From contig JBKHBH010000006.1 in the NCBI GenBank assembly GCA_046542505.1, forward strand, positions 1 through 50,643: a DNA stretch of 50,643 nucleotides. The letters are read 5' to 3'. The notes under the pieces are model-generated. The model had not been told where the DNA came from and ran no database searches. It saw nothing but the letters and a program-made list of their open reading frames with translations. Positions 45,314-50,643 of this stretch are shown piece after piece. Within the stretch, counting starts at the first letter, position 1, and each line of letters opens with the position of its first letter. Source of the stretch: Thermovirgaceae bacterium. Its GTDB lineage: Bacteria > Synergistota > Synergistia > Synergistales > Thermovirgaceae. Position numbers and translations under genes: made by a program.

Positions 45314-46284
45314 GGCGCCCTCTCCACCCGGTTTCGACCGGCCTCCTTGGCCCTGTACAGGGCCTCGTCGGACCTGCGGAGCATATCGTCCGAGGTCTCG
45401 CCCCCTTTCAGCGTCGAGACGCCGAAACTGCAGGTCACAGGCTTTGGAGGATATTCCAGCTTGAGTGCTTCGACCATCTTCCTGATCCGCTCGGCACAGC
45501 GGTACGCCTCGTCTTCCCCAAGACCAGGGAGAAGGACCAGGAATTCCTCGCCCCCGATACGGGCAGGGAGGTCCTCGTTTCTCAGGTTTTCCGAAAAGAG
45601 TCTGCCGACGGCCTCGAGGATGCGGTCGCCGGCCGCATGACCCCAGGTATCATTGATATCCTTGAAGTGATCCAGATCGGCCATAAAAACCGAAAGAGGC
45701 GTTCCTTTTGATTCTGCGTCGCCGACCATGTCCTTGAGCTGGTCCATGACGTATCTGCGGCTTGCAAGCCCCGTGAGAATATCGGTATGCATCAGCCTGG
45801 TGATTGTCTCGTTGGCCCTTTCCAGTTCCATGTTTTTTCTCGAGAGCTCCCTGGAAAGGTTCGCCAGCTCGTTGTTCATATAGGACATCTTTTCTATGAT
45901 ATCGCTGTCGGTCATGTGCCGTCGCTCGGCGAAAAAGGCGATTTTTTCGCCGCTTTTGCAGATGGAACACCAAAGGGTATGGACCGCCAACCCCCCCGTC
46001 CTGAAGTGAAGGGTGCACTTGTAAAATTGCGGCTCTGTTTTGTCTTTTTGGTCCGGGATTGAGCCGAGGATACCCTTCAACACGCTGCTTCCGCGTTCAT
46101 CAAGAAAACCGTGGAGGTTCCCGGGCAGCCTCCGCCCCGCCGCCCTGAACAGCCTTCTGAGGCCTCCGTTCGTTTGGAGAATGTTGCCTTCTTCGTCAAT
46201 GGTCGCCACGACGAGCTGGCTCTCCGTCTGGAGGAAGCCTTCGAGGGCCTTGGGTAAAAACTGGTGTTTCCCATCTTCTTTCAT
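45310..46284 (-). CDS. Diguanylate cyclase (PAS-like + coiled coil + GGDEF)
   Basis: TDILTGLASRR, ADLDHFKDINDTWGHAAGD, RNED..RIGGEEF, ALYRAKEAGRN. Confidence 0.93.
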   Translation of the reverse strand: MKEDGKHQFLPKALEGFLQTESQLVVATIDEEGNILQTNGGLRRLFRAAGRRLPGNLHGFLDERGSSVLKGILGSIPDQKDKTEPQFYKCTLHFRTGGLAVHTLWCSICKSGEKIAFFAERRHMTDSDIIEKMSYMNNELANLSRELSRKNMELERANETITRLMHTDILTGLASRRYVMDQLKDMVGDAESKGTPLSVFMADLDHFKDINDTWGHAAGDRILEAVGRLFSENLRNEDLPARIGGEEFLVLLPGLGEDEAYRCAERIRKMVEALKLEYPPKPVTCSFGVSTLKGGETSDDMLRRSDEALYRAKEAGRNRVERAP

Positions 46285-47420
46285 GGATTTTTCACCCGCC
46301 GGTCGGCTTCATCCCACCATTTTCGGGCAAGTTTCGAGGCCTCGGCGGCATTCTCCGCATAGCCGTCTGCTCCCATGGTTTTCCACAAGTCCGGCATTCT
46401 TCCGAAGAGTTGCCCGCCCACCATGATCCTCATCTTTTCCGTCGCCGCCTTTTCCCGGATACCTCCTATGATCTTCTGGGCCTGCTTCAGATTGAAGGGC
46501 ATGGCGACCGAAAGGGCCAGGAGAAAGGGCTGCGTCTGTTCCACGCGCTCAAGAAGGGAATAGGGCTCGATGTCGGACCCCAGGTATTCCACGTTCCACC
46601 CGTCCCGTTCAAGCAGGTCAGCCACCATCCGTGCACCGATCTCATGGTATTCGTTCGGCGCCGCGGAAACGACGGCCTTCCCGAAACGCCTCTCCGAGCG
46701 AAGGACCCAGGCATAGAGGGACGCCATGACCCTGGCGACGATGGCCGACGCGAGATGCTCCTCTGCCACGGAGATCTCGTCCCACTCCCAGAGATCCCCT
46801 ATGGAATACATGGCAGGTTGCACGATCCCGAGGTAAAAAGCCTCCAGGTCATCCTCCGAAGCCACCTTACGAGCGGCCGTGTCGAGACACGCCCTGTGAT
46901 CGCCCAAAAGCAGGGCATCCCGGAAATCCCGCGCATCCTCCGACAACTCGCCACATGTGCCCTCAGGAGCCCATGCCGCTCTTTTCAGGCAACTGCAGGC
47001 CACCATGGCATCATGGGTTTCAAGAAGGGCGTCGTAAAGGGGCAGGATCTCGCGGGCGCCTTCCGGGGACAGGATCTTTTCGATAACACTCTTGAAGACC
47101 CCGAAAAGGGCGGGAAAATAGTCAGCCTTCACCCCGTGGGCCATATAGCTCCTGTACACCCAGGGCACCGTCCTGGCCAAAAGATCGTACCTGCCCGAGT
47201 CCAGTACTTCGGCGATGGTTCCCACGTGGTTTTCATGGTTTTCAAGCACCGCCTCGACGGGACTTTCCCCGACCAGATCATAGAAATCCCTCCGTGCCTG
47301 CATGGAACTGTTTACGGCCTCTACGATGACCCGGGCCTTTCTTCCATACTCTTGGGCGGCCTCCCGTGAAACAGGCCGAAAAGAGGCCAGCCGCTTTTCG
47401 AGGGGGTTTCCCATGACCAT
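46281..47420 (-). CDS. Cobalamin-binding sensor: globin-like N-domain + B12 cap + B12 Rossmann domain
   Basis: QPAMYSIGDLWEWDEISVAEEH (Wx9EH), NEYHEIGARMV, YLG, LALSV, MVGGQ; all-helical N-terminal ~130 aa. Confidence 0.85.
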   Translation of the reverse strand: MVMGNPLEKRLASFRPVSREAAQEYGRKARVIVEAVNSSMQARRDFYDLVGESPVEAVLENHENHVGTIAEVLDSGRYDLLARTVPWVYRSYMAHGVKADYFPALFGVFKSVIEKILSPEGAREILPLYDALLETHDAMVACSCLKRAAWAPEGTCGELSEDARDFRDALLLGDHRACLDTAARKVASEDDLEAFYLGIVQPAMYSIGDLWEWDEISVAEEHLASAIVARVMASLYAWVLRSERRFGKAVVSAAPNEYHEIGARMVADLLERDGWNVEYLGSDIEPYSLLERVEQTQPFLLALSVAMPFNLKQAQKIIGGIREKAATEKMRIMVGGQLFGRMPDLWKTMGADGYAENAAEASKLARKWWDEADRRVKNP

Positions 47421-47614
47421 CCCCTCCTTTCAGGGAAAGTGTACCTCATGAAATTTAAAAGCCCAAAACTCTTCCTCTTTGCCTTGGCCCTGAACACCCG
47501 AATTTCTTTCGTCCACGGGCCCCGCCTCCAAAAAACCTCTCTAGGGCGACGGCCGGCCCGGACAACCAAAGCACCTGTGCGCCCTTTTTCTGACCCAGGG
47601 ATCATCCAAGCCAT

Positions 47615-47641
47615 AAAAAATGGGGCGGCAAAAGCCGCCCC
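47615..47641 (-). terminator. Intrinsic terminator after the symporter gene
   Basis: GGGGCGGC-AAAA-GCCGCCCC stem with A6 on its left (a U-tail on the minus strand). Confidence 0.75.
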
Positions 47642-47688
47642 TCTGGATCTTTCAAAACCTGCTTCGCATCCAGCTGTGAATAACCGCC

Positions 47689-49149
47689 TCAGGCCGCTTT
47701 CTTCTCATGGAAGAGAGCCACGTTCTCCTGGTCACTGTGCTCCGTCATGAGTGAAATAACGACGATGGCGACAAAAGAAACGGCCCAGCCGATATAGGAT
47801 CCCGAGAAACCGCCCGGATCCCCCATGAGGGACCAGACAAGGGCCGAACCGCCGCCCAGGATGATGCTCCAGAAGGCCCCCGTCGCCGTCGCCCGTTTCC
47901 AGAAAAGCAGGGCAAGCATCGGGAAGAAGAGACCCGCAGCCCCGAAGGTGTAGGCATACATGACAAGGTCGATAACCCTCGGTATCTTGTACGCCAGCCC
48001 TATCGCAAAAGCTCCCATGATCAGCACCGCCAGGCGGTTGACCTTCATGAGCTGCGCGTCGGTTGCCTCGGGGTTTATAAGCTTGTTGTAGATGTCGTTT
48101 GTAAATATGGCCACAGACCCCATGAGGCAGGAGTCCGCCGTGGAAAGCACCGCCGCCATGTAGGCCGCCACGACAAGGCCCGAAACCCCTATTGGAAGAA
48201 TGGTGACGATCATCGTAGGTGTCGCCAGTTCCGGATCATCCAGGCCCGGAATCAGGACATGTGCCATGAGTCCCACAAGGGTCATGCCAATGGCGAAAAG
48301 GGGCCATTCTATGGGAAAGCCGGTCAGGAAAATCCCCCATTTCGCCGTCTTCTCGTCCTTGGCGGCAATGACCCGCTGGAAGGTGGCGATGGAGATGAAC
48401 CATACGGGGAAGATCGACAAAAACCAGCCGATTGCCGTCTTCCATCCTACGGCATCCCATCTTGTAAGCTCCGCGGTATCCGGGTTGTTCGCCAGTTTCT
48501 CCATCAGCGCGCCGTAACCACCGACATCCTTGAGCCCTATGGGGACGAGGATGAAAATGACGCCGACAAAAAGAACAACGAGCTGGTAGACGTCAAGGGT
48601 CATGACCGCCTTGAGCCCCCCCATGGCGGTATAGACAAGGATAATGATGCCGGCGATGATAATGGTGATCGTCACGTTCAGCCCGATGGTGCCGGCCACG
48701 AGTTTGGCTCCGGCGATCACCTGGCCTCCCACGAAGGTCCACCATGCAAGACCTATCAGAATGGCCGCCACCATGCCCGTCTTCTTGTCAAAACGATAGG
48801 CAAAAAGGTCTCCCGTGGTAAGGCCCTTGACCTTGTCGGACCAGCGCTTGATCTTCGGGGCAAGGAAAAAGGCCGCCAGCACGGCGCTCAGTCCGGAAAC
48901 CCCGATAAGCCAGGATCCCGAAATGCCGATACTGAAGCCCAGTCCGCCCATGGCGATACTGAAACCGCCCCCGAGGTCCGTTGCCGCTGCCGATCCCGTC
49001 GTCCGGATGAGCCCCATGTTCCTGTCCGCCGCCAGGAAGGATTCGTTCTCCTTCCCCTTTTTCGCCTGCTTCATGATGTAATAACCGATGGAAAGCAATG
49101 ATGCGAAATAAAGGATGACGACAAGCATATCCAGGGTATGCAACTGCAT
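47689..49149 (-). CDS. Sodium:solute symporter (SSS/SLC5 family)
   Basis: ESFLAADR, YTAMGGLKAV, FQRVIAAKD, AAVLSTADS; about 13 TM helices. Confidence 0.92.
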   Translation of the reverse strand: MQLHTLDMLVVILYFASLLSIGYYIMKQAKKGKENESFLAADRNMGLIRTTGSAAATDLGGGFSIAMGGLGFSIGISGSWLIGVSGLSAVLAAFFLAPKIKRWSDKVKGLTTGDLFAYRFDKKTGMVAAILIGLAWWTFVGGQVIAGAKLVAGTIGLNVTITIIIAGIIILVYTAMGGLKAVMTLDVYQLVVLFVGVIFILVPIGLKDVGGYGALMEKLANNPDTAELTRWDAVGWKTAIGWFLSIFPVWFISIATFQRVIAAKDEKTAKWGIFLTGFPIEWPLFAIGMTLVGLMAHVLIPGLDDPELATPTMIVTILPIGVSGLVVAAYMAAVLSTADSCLMGSVAIFTNDIYNKLINPEATDAQLMKVNRLAVLIMGAFAIGLAYKIPRVIDLVMYAYTFGAAGLFFPMLALLFWKRATATGAFWSIILGGGSALVWSLMGDPGGFSGSYIGWAVSFVAIVVISLMTEHSDQENVALFHEKKAA

Positions 49150-49247
49150 GTTTTTCCCTCCCTTTCGTCCTCTCCTTTTTCGTCTTTGCAGACGGAGTCC
49201 CCTTTTTCCTTCCGCCTCGCTCTTTTCTAGAGCCTCAATTCCTCGGA

Positions 49248-50471
49248 TTAACAGCCTTTCTCCGCCAAACCTCCCTTCTCCCGCGTTACCCGGCCCAGGA
49301 AGTCGTAAAGGTATTCAGCCGTTGCCGTAACCGTATCAAGCTCCACGTATTCGTCGGCTCCGTGGAAATTTCCGCCTTTCGGACCGGCAACGAGGGTCGG
49401 GATATTCAATCTCCCGCCCGTGTAGCAGAAATCGCCCACGCTTGCGAAATAACTTGTTTCCGGAGTCTTTCCCGTCACTGCCTCCATGGATTTCTTCATC
49501 CCGACGACGTAAGGGTTATCTTCGGGAACCACGTAGGCGGGAAACCCGTCACAATCCTCGTGAGGTGCATCCCTGAACCTGATATCGGCTTTTGCGGCCA
49601 CTTTGGCCTTTTTTATCGCCTCCTCTGCTTCACGGAGTACCGTTTCTTTCGTCTCTCCCACGGTGACATGCCTGAATATGCTGAAAAGGGCCTCGTCGGG
49701 GACGGAAAGGGCCGCCCCGCCGCCGTGGAAATCGATGCAACAGATCGAACCGGGGCCCAGTTTTTCATGAGCGGGAAGCTTGGTCTTTTCCAGCTCCAGG
49801 AGGATTTTCGCCGCCTCGCTGACGGCGTTGATACCGCATTCAGGCTGGGCTCCGTGGGCGGATTTTCCCTTGACGCGCACTGAATAATTCCATCCGCCGC
49901 GGGCCCCGAGGCACAGACTGGGAAAGCCGACTCCGGAAAAGGCGCTGCTCGGTTCGGCAATCACCGCCACGTCGGCATCTTGGGGAATAAACCCGTCCAG
50001 AATCAGCGCATCCGTACCAAGTCCGAAGGGTCCCTCTTCGTCACAGACCAGGCTGTACAGGATCTTTCCGTAAAAATCCCCTTCCGCTTTTGCAAATTCC
50101 CTCAGGACCATCATGATTGCGGCGCAGCCGCCTTTCATGTCGCAGGCTCCCAGCCCGTACATCCTGTTGCCCTCGACATTGGCCGCAAAAGGATCGCGGG
50201 TCCAGCCGTCACAGAGTTTGACCGTATCAAGGTGGCCATTGACAACCACCGTGGGTCCGGGGCGGCCGCTCTCAAGCCTCCCGACCACATTGACGCCCCT
50301 GTAGTCGAAAATCCTGTCCTCGTGGAAACGATGGTAGTCCACGGGGACACCGGCATCGGACAACCAGCTGTGGGCGAATTCCATGACTTGCTCTTCTTCA
50401 AAGTAGGGGCTCGGGATTTTTACCAGTTCCGCCAAAAGCCCCGTAAGCTCTTTTTCGTCAAAACGAATCAT
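49248..50471 (-). CDS. M20A-family (ArgE/DapE-like) deacylase/peptidase
   Basis: NGHLDTV, GLGACDMKGG, CDEE, AEP, GKSAHG, GNFHGADE. Confidence 0.92.
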   Translation of the reverse strand: MIRFDEKELTGLLAELVKIPSPYFEEEQVMEFAHSWLSDAGVPVDYHRFHEDRIFDYRGVNVVGRLESGRPGPTVVVNGHLDTVKLCDGWTRDPFAANVEGNRMYGLGACDMKGGCAAIMMVLREFAKAEGDFYGKILYSLVCDEEGPFGLGTDALILDGFIPQDADVAVIAEPSSAFSGVGFPSLCLGARGGWNYSVRVKGKSAHGAQPECGINAVSEAAKILLELEKTKLPAHEKLGPGSICCIDFHGGGAALSVPDEALFSIFRHVTVGETKETVLREAEEAIKKAKVAAKADIRFRDAPHEDCDGFPAYVVPEDNPYVVGMKKSMEAVTGKTPETSYFASVGDFCYTGGRLNIPTLVAGPKGGNFHGADEYVELDTVTATAEYLYDFLGRVTREKGGLAEKGC

Positions 50472-50473
50472 TA

Positions 50474-50643
50474 TCAGGCCTTCCCGCGTTTCCTGCGGTC
50501 CAGGTCGGAGGGTTCAAGGGAACTGGAATCCCCCTCGTAGAGCTTAATCAGGCCTTCCCGGGAGAGTTCGCGCTGCCGTGCCGTATATTCCTCCCAGTGA
50601 TACAGGTCCTCGGGGCGGCTCTGGTTGTCGTCGGGTTCGGTGT
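50474..50643 (-). CDS. kamA: 3' end of a KamA-family radical SAM aminomutase (lysine 2,3-aminomutase-like), cut off by the window edge
   Basis: Manual translation gives ..TEPDDNQSRPEDLYHWEEYTARQRELSREGLIKLYEGDSSSLEPSDLDRRKRGKA*, matching the KamA tail pattern (S/T)EP...G(V/L)xxL..G...LEPxxLxRxxR. The stop is 2 nt before the M20 start. Confidence 0.6.
   Translation of the reverse strand, partial: TEPDDNQSRPEDLYHWEEYTARQRELSREGLIKLYEGDSSSLEPSDLDRRKRGKA

Noticed and set aside
50473..50560. ATCAGGCCTTCCCG occurring twice near the window end
   Set aside because: Two copies inside coding sequence in different frames; not an array.
1..50643. CRISPR array, tRNA/rRNA, IS element or prophage
   Set aside because: No regularly spaced repeats, cloverleaf motifs, transposase, integrase or phage structural genes were seen.

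Overview
A gene-dense stretch of GC-rich bacterial chromosome. By inference from gene content it comes from an anaerobic, diderm peptide/amino-acid fermenter such as a Synergistota member. I found no rRNA, tRNA, CRISPR array, integrase or transposase. Signalling genes include a PAS histidine kinase/Rcp1-like regulator/REC-REC-HD-GYP operon and five GGDEF proteins. Peptide and amino-acid genes include brnQ, a C69 dipeptidase, two M20 hydrolases, an Opp/Dpp-type ABC operon, a Na+/solute symporter, three MFS transporters and the 3' end of a KamA-like aminomutase. The window also carries mutY, polX, a DUF72 protein, gpsA, a ferredoxin, a tRNA nucleotidyltransferase, queT and aor-moaD. The most interesting observations are: (1) a globin-like + CarH-type (Wx9EH) B12 sensor translationally coupled to a diguanylate cyclase and an MFS gene; (2) an ImmA/IrrE-like HExxH domain fused to DUF72, immediately followed by a ~177-nt rod-shaped, 6S-like structured element; (3) a circularly permuted family-5 solute-binding protein; (4) a stand-alone CaMKII-hub-like gene coupled to mutY; (5) a loop-deleted, probably CC-only-adding nucleotidyltransferase; (6) a coiled-coil PD-(D/E)xK nuclease-like gene next to a decayed HerA/DUF87-type ATPase remnant; (7) a kamA-M20-symporter cluster. 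All family calls come from reading motifs by eye; no database searches were run.
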